DNA of 63,090 bases, counting the filler. It is 5 parts of 5 records of this genome, joined end to end, with 100 filler letters (N's around TTAATTAATTAA, not from the genome) between each part and the next. Parts side by side here need not be neighbours in the genome. Positions count along the whole stretch, not along the records: positions 6,065 to 16,054 come from SRR31156797_10634; positions 16,155 to 42,965 come from SRR31156797_10642; 3 more parts are not named here. One strand, given 5' to 3'. The notes beneath the pieces are model-generated. The model was not told the DNA's origin and ran no database searches. It saw only the letters and a list, made by a program, of their open reading frames with translations. Both the position numbers and the translations under genes were made by a program. Positions 10,265 to 20,456 of this stretch are shown here, in pieces (position 1 is the stretch's first letter; every line of letters begins with the position of its first letter).

Positions 10265-10320
10265 CAGTTGACAGTTGACAGTTAGCAGTAATCAGTTAAC
10301 AGTGATCAGTTAGCAATTTG
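10265..10320. repeat. Degenerate 7-bp tandem repeat (CAGTnnn)
   Basis: CAGTTGA CAGTTGA CAGTTAG CAGTAAT CAGTTAA CAGTGAT CAGTTAG CAATTTG. Confidence 0.8.
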
Positions 10321-10347
10321 TAATCAACCAAATTCAAACAGCCAAAG

Positions 10348-13053
10348 TTAGTTTAATAACCGTTGTAGTTTATTTAACGCTTTGGCTTTGCTGTTTTTCC
10401 AGTAACTATAATGAAGCGGAATGGATTGTATGTTCATTCTGCTCAATGTTTTATAACGCTCCAATGAAAAGGCTTCTTTAAAAACTCCCGGGTAGCCGAT
10501 TAAATCAATAAAATAGTATTGTTTGTTGTGTTCTACCAATATATCCAGCAAGCATCCTCCCACCGGATAACCACATTGTATATTCTTGTATCCACTCTTA
10601 TTTAATGCCTCCACTACGTCCTGTTGAAATGCATCAACTTCTATTTCATCTTCATTTTGATGGGTAAAATCGCGAATAAAAGAAAAATAAGATGCCAATA
10701 ACGAATCCTTGGGCACCTTTTGATTGGAAACAGACTTAAAGATATATTGAAATGATTTTGCTCTGGTGATGGCCACATTCAGGACTTCTGGTTTGTTGGC
10801 ATGAATAAAAGCGGAGTGATGTGTTTGGTCACATACTGCAAAAGAGATCAACACTATTTCTCTTTCTGAACCCTGGAAATTATATGGCGTTCCACACATC
10901 AAGTCAAACTTCTTAATCAGTTTTAGGTCAAACCTTTCTCTAATTTGTCGATTTAAATAATTAACCTGTGAACTAAATAAAGAAATTACACCAATGCTGG
11001 GAATTACCTTTTCATCCTGATATTTTTTCATTAGCTGTTCAAGTTTTTTCAAAACAGCTTTGGCTTCTTTTTCATTTATACCTTTTTTATCTCTTACTCC
11101 ATCAACCTGAATCAACTCAATCTGGAAAGAGCCGGTATGCTTGGGAGTTGATTTTAACACCTCCAGTTGACCATCGTAAAAATGCTGATTACTAAATTCG
11201 ATCAGCGAAGGTGTTGATCTAAAATGTTCGCGTAAAAACGTCACCTGATCCTGATCACTTACCTTGGCCAAATAAAAGTCAAGAATACTTCGATTTCGAT
11301 AATCAAAAATCTTGTCTGTTGGAAGCTGATACTTCTTTAATAAATTACTTTGTTGGGCATGCGATACAAACGAATAATGTCTTAACTGATTAGGATCGCC
11401 TGAAATAACCACACGCTTAGCTCTGAAAATAGCAGGCAGAGCCGAGGCAATATCACACTGCGTTGCTTCATCAATAATCACTAAATCAAATAGGTCTTTT
11501 TGTAAAGGAACAATTGAATTAAGATCGGACAAATTAGCCAGCCACACCGGAAAAACTTTTAAGATATTCTGATAGTTTAACTGAGCAGCCAATTGCTTAC
11601 TCTCTGTAAATGACGATGCATCCAGTGCATCATAATACAAGGCTACATCTTTACGGTACTTTGATGCATTCGTATGGATATTCTTTTCAATTTTTCTTTT
11701 GCAGAAATAGCGAATCTCCACATCCAGTTTTTTGTTTTGCACTTCAATATCCTGAAACAAGTCCCAAAGTTTTTCGCCATTACCCATTGAAAAACGAATA
11801 AAGGCTTTTTGAAATTTCCTGAAAAGATGAAAACCTTCTTCAAACTCCAAATCAGATAACTTTAGCTCTTGACTGACAAACTCCTTAAAACGGGTTTCGC
11901 TTTCTTTTAAGCTAGTATATTTACGGGTCAATATATCTGCCTGAAAGTGCTTATTGGGTATACCCTGAATGCCACTTAGGTATTTCTGAATCTTGCTCAT
12001 CAGGCTTAACTTGTGCTTGTTTCCAGTGGTGTGAATCAGGTAATCTTTCATTCGGTAATCTTTATCCAGCATGGTCCGGATTACTTCTACAGCTTGTTTG
12101 GTTTTGGATACCACCAACACCGATTGCCCATTAACAACAGCATCGGCTATAATAGCAGAGATCGTGTAACTTTTACCTGTTCCCGGCGGGCCAATCAAAA
12201 CTGAACTATTATATGCTTGTGCGTTTACCAAGCCTTTGTGTTGCTCCATATTTAAGCGCGATTGCAAAAAGCTAAAATCATAAGTTGATTTATGTGCGTC
12301 ATCACCAAATAATTCAAAAAGGCTTGTATTGAATTCGTCCTGTTTCGACATCATCTCCAGGTCATTTAAAACCTTTAAGGATGAACTCGATTTTTCAACT
12401 AAAAGCGTGCAGGCAGCAGGAACCACTTTTAGCATTTCAGTCTTTGCATCATTTTGTCTATAATAGGCTCTCAGTTTTGCCACATTCCATACACGAGGAT
12501 TTAGAAGTAATTCCTCCGAATCAATATTGGTAAAATACTTATCCACTAAAGTCTTTATCCAAACGTAATTCCCGGAATGTTTCTCCATCCCGGCTTTAAA
12601 CTCCTCTATAAATAATTCTTTCCCTTTACTCTCATCAACCAAATCCAGCTTGGATAAAACGCTACGGTTTATAACCAGATTGTCCTCTTCTATTTCCAGA
12701 TATGTTAAATCGTCAATCTCCAATATGTTGGCCGGAAATAAAAATAAAGGTGCACAAACTCTTTTATCTTTTACCAAAGGATTATCGGACTCTGTCAGTA
12801 CAAAAAAGCAAGCATAAAAAAGTCGCTTCTCCAACTTATACAGCTCAATATCTTTTTGCAAATCTGCTAACTTGTCATGGCTATAAGGAATGTAAGGAAG
12901 ATGATCGTTAAATAATTCTTCCACATCCGAAACAAACCATTTGTACTTGTATTTACTTGATAAAACATTCTCTACATTAAACTCCCTGTAGTCTAATTTG
13001 TAACAATCTCTAAAGTATTGATAAAACTGCTGTGCATTGTCCGTCATATTCAT
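10348..13053 (-). CDS. Superfamily 1 (UPF1/DNA2-like) helicase with a C-terminal restriction-endonuclease-like domain
   Basis: GPPGTGKS, IIDEATQ, GDPNQL, EHFRS, FQGSERE, NVAITRAK; C-terminal FQQDVVEAL...YPVGGCLLDILV. Confidence 0.85.
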   Translation of the reverse strand: MNMTDNAQQFYQYFRDCYKLDYREFNVENVLSSKYKYKWFVSDVEELFNDHLPYIPYSHDKLADLQKDIELYKLEKRLFYACFFVLTESDNPLVKDKRVCAPLFLFPANILEIDDLTYLEIEEDNLVINRSVLSKLDLVDESKGKELFIEEFKAGMEKHSGNYVWIKTLVDKYFTNIDSEELLLNPRVWNVAKLRAYYRQNDAKTEMLKVVPAACTLLVEKSSSSLKVLNDLEMMSKQDEFNTSLFELFGDDAHKSTYDFSFLQSRLNMEQHKGLVNAQAYNSSVLIGPPGTGKSYTISAIIADAVVNGQSVLVVSKTKQAVEVIRTMLDKDYRMKDYLIHTTGNKHKLSLMSKIQKYLSGIQGIPNKHFQADILTRKYTSLKESETRFKEFVSQELKLSDLEFEEGFHLFRKFQKAFIRFSMGNGEKLWDLFQDIEVQNKKLDVEIRYFCKRKIEKNIHTNASKYRKDVALYYDALDASSFTESKQLAAQLNYQNILKVFPVWLANLSDLNSIVPLQKDLFDLVIIDEATQCDIASALPAIFRAKRVVISGDPNQLRHYSFVSHAQQSNLLKKYQLPTDKIFDYRNRSILDFYLAKVSDQDQVTFLREHFRSTPSLIEFSNQHFYDGQLEVLKSTPKHTGSFQIELIQVDGVRDKKGINEKEAKAVLKKLEQLMKKYQDEKVIPSIGVISLFSSQVNYLNRQIRERFDLKLIKKFDLMCGTPYNFQGSEREIVLISFAVCDQTHHSAFIHANKPEVLNVAITRAKSFQYIFKSVSNQKVPKDSLLASYFSFIRDFTHQNEDEIEVDAFQQDVVEALNKSGYKNIQCGYPVGGCLLDILVEHNKQYYFIDLIGYPGVFKEAFSLERYKTLSRMNIQSIPLHYSYWKNSKAKALNKLQRLLN

Positions 13054-13326
13054 GAACGAAAAATAATATTTTTACCGCACACTAACATATTTCAATTATG
13101 TTGTGGTGAACAAAATAAGGTTTTGATCAGTTTTATGACTTTAAAAGTCTAACCTAAAGAAGCTAACTTCCTTTTTAAAGCCTTATCAATAAATCTAAAA
13201 AATAACTCATCCGGTCAACAAACAACCTAACTTTATGTAAAAAAAACAACTTTTTATTACGGGAATCTTCAGCAACCAACGAATAATTATAAATTTGCTT
13301 AATTATAGCTACATCAAACAATATAT

Positions 13327-14646
13327 ATGCAATTCAATAAATTTACCCTTACTATTTTGATTGCCCTTCTAACGGCAGTTAATTCGTTTGCTCAAATTGA
13401 TTTTAGTAATCTTACCGACGAGCAGATTTATCGTAAAGACAATAAGTATAATACATGGGATTTTACCTTAGGGTATGGGCCAATAGTTTATTATACCGAT
13501 GTTATTGATCATACTGTTTTGCCTAAGGGTGATGTAAAGTTTGGTCCTACCATTATTGTGTCTAAACAGCTGGGTCGCGCCTGGGGTATCGATGGACAGT
13601 TTGTAATGGGAAATATGTATGGACAGAAAAACAACCGTTACTTTAAAGGTGATTTTTTCGACTATACGCTTAACCTGCGTTTTAGTATTAACCAGTTAGT
13701 GGCTTTTGGTCCACTTGGAGACAAATGGGATATTTATGGTAAAGTAGGTTTAGGTGTAAACGCATTTAGAAGCCGTCTTAGGCGAATTGATGATGATAGT
13801 TTTATGTTGGTTAGCGATGTGCACAATAATTTAGGTGGATATCCAAATCCTCCGGGGTGGGATGATAATGATTACCTGGTGGAAGGATACGACAAACAAG
13901 ATCCAACCAGTAAAACAGGAAGAAAAACAGAGTTAGTCGTACCTATTGGAGCAGGTGTCAGATATCGTATTAACAAAAGCTTTGATTTAGGTGCAGAAAT
14001 GACCATGCGCAATATTACGGCTGATAATTTCGATGTAAATCTGGCTGGAGCCGATAATGATACTTATTTATTTACGGCATTTACCCTCAGTTATAAAATA
14101 GGTAAAAAGAACAAGCGTCATGCGCGATGGACATATAAAGATTTTAATCTGGCATACGAAGCACAGCGCGGTAGCGACCCATTAGCGATTCGCTTAGATT
14201 CTTTAAAAAGTGAACTAGACAGACTTGCTGGTCTAGATTCTATTATCACTACAAAATCTTATCAAAAATTTGAAAAAGTTATTTACGAGGAAGGCGTTTC
14301 TGCTTCAGTATTCTTCGATTTTGATAAATCGGATGTCAAGAAAAGTGAGCATAGACAATTGGCTCGTGTAGCTCGCGCGCTTAAAAAAGATACAACCATT
14401 AACATGGTTATTTCGGGTTATTGTGATGATCGCGGAAGCTACGAATATAATTTAAAACTAAGTGAACGCAGATGTAACGCAGTTCTCGAAGCCATGGTTA
14501 CCGATTTTGGTATTGATGCATCCCGTTTCAGAATCGACCCGAAAGGAGAATCTGAACTACTTTCTGATACACAAAATATGAATATCAAAGGCTTGCATAT
14601 GGCCAACCGACGCGTAGACTTATTAATGATAGTGAATGAAGAATAA
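13327..14646 (+). CDS. OmpA family protein (N-terminal beta-barrel plus OmpA C-terminal domain)
   Basis: Signal peptide; VFFDFDKS...GYCDDRGS...NLKLSERR...NRRVD. Confidence 0.88.
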   Translation: MQFNKFTLTILIALLTAVNSFAQIDFSNLTDEQIYRKDNKYNTWDFTLGYGPIVYYTDVIDHTVLPKGDVKFGPTIIVSKQLGRAWGIDGQFVMGNMYGQKNNRYFKGDFFDYTLNLRFSINQLVAFGPLGDKWDIYGKVGLGVNAFRSRLRRIDDDSFMLVSDVHNNLGGYPNPPGWDDNDYLVEGYDKQDPTSKTGRKTELVVPIGAGVRYRINKSFDLGAEMTMRNITADNFDVNLAGADNDTYLFTAFTLSYKIGKKNKRHARWTYKDFNLAYEAQRGSDPLAIRLDSLKSELDRLAGLDSIITTKSYQKFEKVIYEEGVSASVFFDFDKSDVKKSEHRQLARVARALKKDTTINMVISGYCDDRGSYEYNLKLSERRCNAVLEAMVTDFGIDASRFRIDPKGESELLSDTQNMNIKGLHMANRRVDLLMIVNEE

Positions 14647-14656
14647 AACAACTACC

Positions 14657-15964
14657 ATGAAGAAAAAGGAATTACTACTAATGGCTTTCCTGTTGATGGT
14701 AGTGGGTACAATCAATGCCCAATTCACTACCGATGGGAGATTGATTGAAGAGCATATGCGCTATTCTGAAGAAAAGCCTTTTAATCGTTGGGATATCATG
14801 CTTGGTTACGGCCCTAATATTCTTCATACCGATTTCACCACCTATATGATGTTCCCTAAAAACAAATGGCATTTTAGTCCGGTGGTGGCCTTGAGCTACC
14901 AAATGGTTCCGGCTTTGGCTTTTGATTTTAGATACATGCAGGGTGATTTATACGGCAAAGGTTCTGAGCATTATTTCGAAGGAGATTTCAGGCAATATTC
15001 CGGAAATGCCCGTTTTTATATTAACCAGATGCTCCCTAACCCGGGACCTGTTAAAGATAAATGGAACTTTTATGTAAATATTGGTTTTGGGTTTCAGGCC
15101 TTTCGAAATCGCATTTATAAATTATCTGATGGAGCAGTTTTACATGGCGATGATATTGAAGGAACATCTTACGAAGATTACCTGGTATTAGGCTATAATA
15201 CCACTGACCCATATAAAGAAGAAGCTCGTCAGAAGGAATTAGTATTACCTATTGGAGCAGGTGTATTATACAGGATAAACAGGAGCTTTGACATTGGTGT
15301 TGAAAGCACAATTCACTATGGTTTAGAAGATAATCTGGATGGTGTTTTAACCGGAGCTACGAATGATAACTATTGGCACACCACCTTTAACCTAAGTTAT
15401 AAAATAGGGAAAAAGGATAAACGACATAGTAAATGGACTTACCGCACTTATGGCTTCAATATTTTTGGTAAGAAAAGGAAAGATCCTTTGGAAGATGAAG
15501 TTAATCTTTTTGAAAGAATGGTTCAGCAACAAGCTGGTATTTTAAGACTTCAGGTAGATTCAGTCATTACCGAAGAAAATGATACCAAAATTTATGCGGC
15601 CAATAATGTATTCCCTATTTATTTTATGCCGGGAGGAGCTACATTTAAGGATTATGAAAACCAAATCACCATGGCTTCTATTGCCGTATTACTTCGTAAA
15701 CACCCTGAATGGAAGTTGGAACTGGCTGGTTATGCAGATTCCTTTGAAGACAATCCGTTGTTTTTAAGTAAGAAAAGAGCTGAGACAGTCATGCGCTATT
15801 TAATAGAACATTACGGTATTGCTGAAGATATTATGAGTATTAACGCCAAAGGAAATTCAGATCAACTGAGTACCGATGGTCAGAAAGATAAACCGGGAAG
15901 AATTGAAATTGACCGAAGGGTTGATATTATTCTGATTAAACCGAAGATCGAAATAGAAGAGTAA
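14657..15964 (+). CDS. OmpA family protein, paralog of the upstream gene
   Basis: Shared motifs YFxGDF, ELVxPIGAGV, LSYKIGKK; degenerate OmpA domain (GYADS...LSKKRAE...RRVD). Confidence 0.85.
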   Translation: MKKKELLLMAFLLMVVGTINAQFTTDGRLIEEHMRYSEEKPFNRWDIMLGYGPNILHTDFTTYMMFPKNKWHFSPVVALSYQMVPALAFDFRYMQGDLYGKGSEHYFEGDFRQYSGNARFYINQMLPNPGPVKDKWNFYVNIGFGFQAFRNRIYKLSDGAVLHGDDIEGTSYEDYLVLGYNTTDPYKEEARQKELVLPIGAGVLYRINRSFDIGVESTIHYGLEDNLDGVLTGATNDNYWHTTFNLSYKIGKKDKRHSKWTYRTYGFNIFGKKRKDPLEDEVNLFERMVQQQAGILRLQVDSVITEENDTKIYAANNVFPIYFMPGGATFKDYENQITMASIAVLLRKHPEWKLELAGYADSFEDNPLFLSKKRAETVMRYLIEHYGIAEDIMSINAKGNSDQLSTDGQKDKPGRIEIDRRVDIILIKPKIEIEE

Positions 15965-15975
15965 GATATTTTAAC

Positions 15976-16007
15976 AAGGTCGGAGATAACTTTCCGACCT
16001 TTTTTTT
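15976..16007 (+). terminator. Intrinsic terminator
   Basis: AAGGTCGGAGA-TAAC-TTTCCGACCTT followed by a T-run. Confidence 0.85.
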
Positions 16008-16054
16008 CTTTTAAATATCTGCTAAGGCAGATTCAGAAGTAAGATAAAAAGCAA

Positions 16055-16154
16055 NNNNNNNNNNNNNNNNNNNNNNNNNNNNNNNNNNNNNNNNNNNNTT
16101 AATTAATTAANNNNNNNNNNNNNNNNNNNNNNNNNNNNNNNNNNNNNNNNNNNN
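16055..16154. other. Artificial contig linker
   Basis: N44-TTAATTAATTAA-N44. Confidence 0.98.
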
Positions 16155-16290
16155 TTATTGCAATTTTAACGCTCACAACGAAGTGCTAATACATAATGCG
16201 GGTTAAACTTACGTTAATATAGCATGCCCCGTTAAATAAAAACATTAAATTTGGGGTCTTTAATATTTTTAGATACCGGATTACTACTTT

Positions 16291-17265
16291 ATGACATCAT
16301 CGAGTAATATTAAACGCCCCATAAAAACTGAGATGGAACGCTTTGAGCCCTTTTTCAGTGAGCAGCTCAAATCTAAAATTCCATTATTAGGGATTATTAC
16401 CAATTACATTTTACGCCGTAAAGGGAAGCAGATGAGACCAATGCTGGTTTTTCTATCGGCCAAACTAACCGGTACTATTTCTGAATCATCATATGTAGCG
16501 GCTACATTAATTGAATTATTACACACGGCCACATTAATTCATGACGATGTAGTTGATGAAACTTACCAACGACGGGGTTTTTTCTCTATCAATGCCTTAT
16601 GGAAATCGAAAATTGCGGTTTTAGTGGGTGATTATTTTTTATCACGAGGTTTAATGCTAGCGCTGGACACCAACCAAATAGGTGTACTGAAAGTGGTTTC
16701 CGAAGCGGTAAAAGAAATGAGTGAGGGTGAGCTACTGCAAATAGAGAAAAGTCGCAAACTGGATATCACCGAAGAAGTTTACTACGAGATCATAACCAAG
16801 AAAACAGCTACTTTAATTGCTGCATGTACCACTGCAGGAGCTTTTTCGGTAGAAGCCGGAGACGAGAAGGTTGCATTAATGAAAGAGTTTGGTACCTACT
16901 TAGGTATTGCGTTTCAGATTAAAGACGATTTATTTGATTATGAAAAAACCGGCTTAATCGGCAAACCAACAGGTAACGACATCCGTGAAAAGAAAATGAC
17001 ACTTCCGCTGATTTATGTGCTGAATAACTGCGATCCCAAAGAACGCAAACGCGTGTTGTCCACCATTCGTCGTCATCATAAAAACGATAAAAAAGTAGCC
17101 GAAGTCATAGAGTTCGTTCGCCAGAATGGAGGTATCGAATATACCTACAATAAAATGATCGAATACAAAAACAAAGCATTGGAGGTGCTCGATCAATTTG
17201 AAGATTCAGAAGCCAAACAATCTCTAAAAGATCTCGTTGTTTATACAACAGAACGTAAAAAATAA
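16291..17265 (+). CDS. Long-chain polyprenyl diphosphate synthase (IspB-like)
   Basis: GKQMRP, HDDVVD, FQIKDDLFD, GKPTGND. Confidence 0.92.
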   Translation: MTSSSNIKRPIKTEMERFEPFFSEQLKSKIPLLGIITNYILRRKGKQMRPMLVFLSAKLTGTISESSYVAATLIELLHTATLIHDDVVDETYQRRGFFSINALWKSKIAVLVGDYFLSRGLMLALDTNQIGVLKVVSEAVKEMSEGELLQIEKSRKLDITEEVYYEIITKKTATLIAACTTAGAFSVEAGDEKVALMKEFGTYLGIAFQIKDDLFDYEKTGLIGKPTGNDIREKKMTLPLIYVLNNCDPKERKRVLSTIRRHHKNDKKVAEVIEFVRQNGGIEYTYNKMIEYKNKALEVLDQFEDSEAKQSLKDLVVYTTERKK

Positions 17266-17270
17266 TAATC

Positions 17271-17353
17271 AGACATTAGATTTTAGATAAGAGAATAGAG
17301 ATAAATAAACCTGAATCTTTTATCTAAAGTCTATTATCTCAATATCTAATTCT
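17271..17353. repeat. Imperfect inverted array of ~7-bp AGAYnnn units
   Basis: AGACATT AGATTTT AGATAAG AGAATAG AGATAAA ... TTTATCT AAAGTCT ATTATCT CAATATCT. Confidence 0.6.
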
Positions 17354-20128
17354 ATGTCAGACACAAAAAGATTATTCTTACTGGATGCCTACGCATTAAT
17401 ATATCGTGCTTACTACGCATTTATCCGAGCACCCCGAATCAATTCAAAAAAACTAAACACCTCTGCCATTTTTGGCTTTACCAACTCTCTGCTGGAGGTA
17501 TTGCAAAAAGAAAAACCTACGCACATAGCTGTTGCTTTTGATCCTGCCGGTCCTACTTTCAGACATGAAATGTACGAACCATACAAAGCGCAACGCGAAG
17601 CCACTCCTGAAGATATTAAACTGGCTGTGCCTTACATCAAACAATTATTGGAGGCTTTAAATATTCCTATTTTAGAAGTGATGGGTTATGAAGCTGATGA
17701 TGTTATTGGAACTGTATCGCATAAAGCCGAAAAAGAAGGTTTTGAAGTTTTTATGATGACACCGGATAAGGATTATGCCCAATTGGTGACAGAAAAGGTG
17801 AAAATGTATAAACCACGTAGTAAAGGTGGTGGCATGGATGTGCTGGGAATTCCGGAAGTGCAGGAAAAATTTGCTATTGAAACACCTATTCAAGTGATCG
17901 ATATTCTGGCTTTGATGGGTGATGCATCTGATAATATTCCAGGCTGTCCGGGCATTGGTGAAAAAGGAGCTAAAGATATTATTGGCAAATACCAGAGCAT
18001 TAACGGTATTTACGAACATATTGATGAGTTTAAAGGAAAAAGAAAAGAAAACCTGGTCAATTTTAAAGAGCAGGTAGATTTATCTTATACCTTGGCCACT
18101 ATTAAACTGGATGTACCTATTGATTTTAATGAAGAAGCTTTAAAAGTTTCCGATGTAAATAAAGATAAACTCATTCCTCTACTCGAAGAGTTGGAATTTA
18201 AAAGTATGATGCCTCGCTTTGGCTTTGAAACGGCTCCAGTTCAGGCAGCTCCAGCTCAGGGCGATCTTTTTGGACAACCCCAGGTTGCGGAAGAAACTAC
18301 TTTTGTTTCTTCTATGAAAAGCATAAAAGAAGTGGAGCATCAATACCTCCTGGTAAATAATGAACAAGCCTATGCATCTTTGGCAGCTGAGCTAAGTGTA
18401 CAAAAAGAATACTGTTTTGATACGGAAACAACCGGTCTGGATACCGAAATAGCTGAACTAGTAGGCATTTCATTTTCATGGAAAAAAGGCGAAGCGTATT
18501 ATGTACCTATTCCTGAAGACAGAAAAGAAGCTACCGAACTTATACATCGATTTAAACTAGTTTTAGAGGATGAAAACATTCTGAAGATCGGTCAGAATTT
18601 AAAATATGATATCCTGATTTTAAAAAACTATGACATTCATGTAAAAGGTAAAATTTTTGATACCATGGTGGCGCACCATTTAGCCTTGCCCGGATTGAAA
18701 AACAGCATGGATTTTATGGCTGAAACTTACCTTGGATATTCTCCGGTAAAGTTAGAATCATTGATTGGTAAAAAAGGAAAAAACCAATTGAGTTTCCGTC
18801 AAATTGAGCTCGAACAAGCCAAAGAATATGCAGCAGAAGATGCTGATATAACTTTACAGTTAAAAGAATTTTTGGAGCCCAAAGTAAAAGAAGCGGGATT
18901 AGAAAGACTGTTTTACGAGACAGAAATGCCATTGCTATTGGTATTAGCTGCAATGGAATCAACTGGTGTTAAATTGGATGTGGATGAGCTACACCAATTT
19001 GCAGAACAATTAAAGGAACGTATTGAAGTACTGGAAAAAGAGATTCTGGAAATGGCCGGTGTTGAATTTAATGTTTCCAGTCCGAAGCAAGTGGGAGAAG
19101 TGCTTTTTGAAAAGCTTCAACTGGATCCTAAGGCTAAAAAAACAAAGAGTGGTCAGTACAGTACCAACGAAGAAACCCTGAATAAACTAAAAGGCAAACA
19201 CGAGATAATAGATAAAATTCTGGATTACCGGGGATTGAAAAAGCTGTTGAACACCTACGTAGAAGCCTTGCCATTATTGGTCAATGAAAAAACAGGTAGA
19301 ATTCATACCACCTATAACCAGGCTATGGTGGTAACCGGGCGTTTAAGCAGTGTAAATCCTAACCTTCAGAATATTCCTATCAGAGATGAAGAAGGCCGGG
19401 AAATCAGAAAAGCCTTTATTGCCAGCGATAAAGATCATGTATTTTTATCTGCTGACTACTCACAGGTTGAGTTACGATTAATGGCTCATTTGAGTCAGGA
19501 TAAACACCTGGTAGAAGCATTTAATAAAGGAGAAGATATTCATGCTGCCACTGCTGCCAAAATATTTAAGGTGCCTTTGGAGGAGGTAACGAGTGATATG
19601 CGCCGTAAAGCCAAAACAGCCAACTTTGGTATTATTTATGGTATTTCAGCCTTTGGATTAGCCGAACGTTTAAATATTTCGCGAAAAGAAGCTAAGCAAC
19701 TTATTGACGACTACTTTGAAAATTTCCCGGATGTAAAAGCTTACATGGATAAAAGTATTGAAGTGGCTCGTGATAAGGGTTTTGTAGAAACCGTATTTGG
19801 GCGAAAAAGAAATTTACCCGATATCAATTCCAGAAATGGTGTAGTACGTGGTATGGCAGAACGAAATGCAATTAATGCCCCTATTCAGGGAACTGCTGCT
19901 GATATTATTAAAATGGCTATGGTAGTCATTCAATCTGAATTACAAAAACAAGGTCTTCTATCCAAGATGATTTTACAGGTTCATGATGAATTGAACTTTG
20001 ATGTACTCCAGTCAGAATTAGATCAGGTCAAAGAAATTGTAAAAACAGGTATGGAACAAGCCTGTATATTGTCAGTACCATTATCGGTTGATATGGGTGT
20101 TGGCGAAAACTGGCACGAAGCGCATTAA
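17354..20128 (+). CDS. polA: DNA polymerase I
   Basis: 5'-3' exonuclease (LLDAYALIYRAY, EADD), 3'-5' exonuclease (FDTETT), polymerase motifs ADYSQVELR, RRKAKTANFGIIYG, QVHDEL. Confidence 0.98.
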   Translation: MSDTKRLFLLDAYALIYRAYYAFIRAPRINSKKLNTSAIFGFTNSLLEVLQKEKPTHIAVAFDPAGPTFRHEMYEPYKAQREATPEDIKLAVPYIKQLLEALNIPILEVMGYEADDVIGTVSHKAEKEGFEVFMMTPDKDYAQLVTEKVKMYKPRSKGGGMDVLGIPEVQEKFAIETPIQVIDILALMGDASDNIPGCPGIGEKGAKDIIGKYQSINGIYEHIDEFKGKRKENLVNFKEQVDLSYTLATIKLDVPIDFNEEALKVSDVNKDKLIPLLEELEFKSMMPRFGFETAPVQAAPAQGDLFGQPQVAEETTFVSSMKSIKEVEHQYLLVNNEQAYASLAAELSVQKEYCFDTETTGLDTEIAELVGISFSWKKGEAYYVPIPEDRKEATELIHRFKLVLEDENILKIGQNLKYDILILKNYDIHVKGKIFDTMVAHHLALPGLKNSMDFMAETYLGYSPVKLESLIGKKGKNQLSFRQIELEQAKEYAAEDADITLQLKEFLEPKVKEAGLERLFYETEMPLLLVLAAMESTGVKLDVDELHQFAEQLKERIEVLEKEILEMAGVEFNVSSPKQVGEVLFEKLQLDPKAKKTKSGQYSTNEETLNKLKGKHEIIDKILDYRGLKKLLNTYVEALPLLVNEKTGRIHTTYNQAMVVTGRLSSVNPNLQNIPIRDEEGREIRKAFIASDKDHVFLSADYSQVELRLMAHLSQDKHLVEAFNKGEDIHAATAAKIFKVPLEEVTSDMRRKAKTANFGIIYGISAFGLAERLNISRKEAKQLIDDYFENFPDVKAYMDKSIEVARDKGFVETVFGRKRNLPDINSRNGVVRGMAERNAINAPIQGTAADIIKMAMVVIQSELQKQGLLSKMILQVHDELNFDVLQSELDQVKEIVKTGMEQACILSVPLSVDMGVGENWHEAH

Positions 20129-20456
20129 TACAATAAGAGATATTTATTAAAAAGTCATTTACTTCAAAAAATCAGAAATAAATGACCTTTTAACTTATCC
20201 TTGATTAGTAAATTTTCTAACTCTAAACAAAGCATTTTAATTTCTGGAAGGTTGAAAAAATGACATTAATTGAACAAATTGTGTGCATTCAAAGCTATTT
20301 TTAAGAATTACTTTTATCTCCCAAAGCTCGTATTGCAATGAAATAATAAAAGATGCACATTTTTATACTTATGTATTAATTTGTTATTATTTGTTAATTT
20401 TTGTAATATCGCTTTCAATGTCAACACAAACATCTCTTTAAAAAACCTATTATTTC

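Noticed and set aside
10265-10320. Possible CRISPR array here or at the other repeat tracts
   Set aside because: Units are 7 bp with no unique spacers; no cas genes; no 25-45 bp repeat-spacer pattern seen anywhere in the window.
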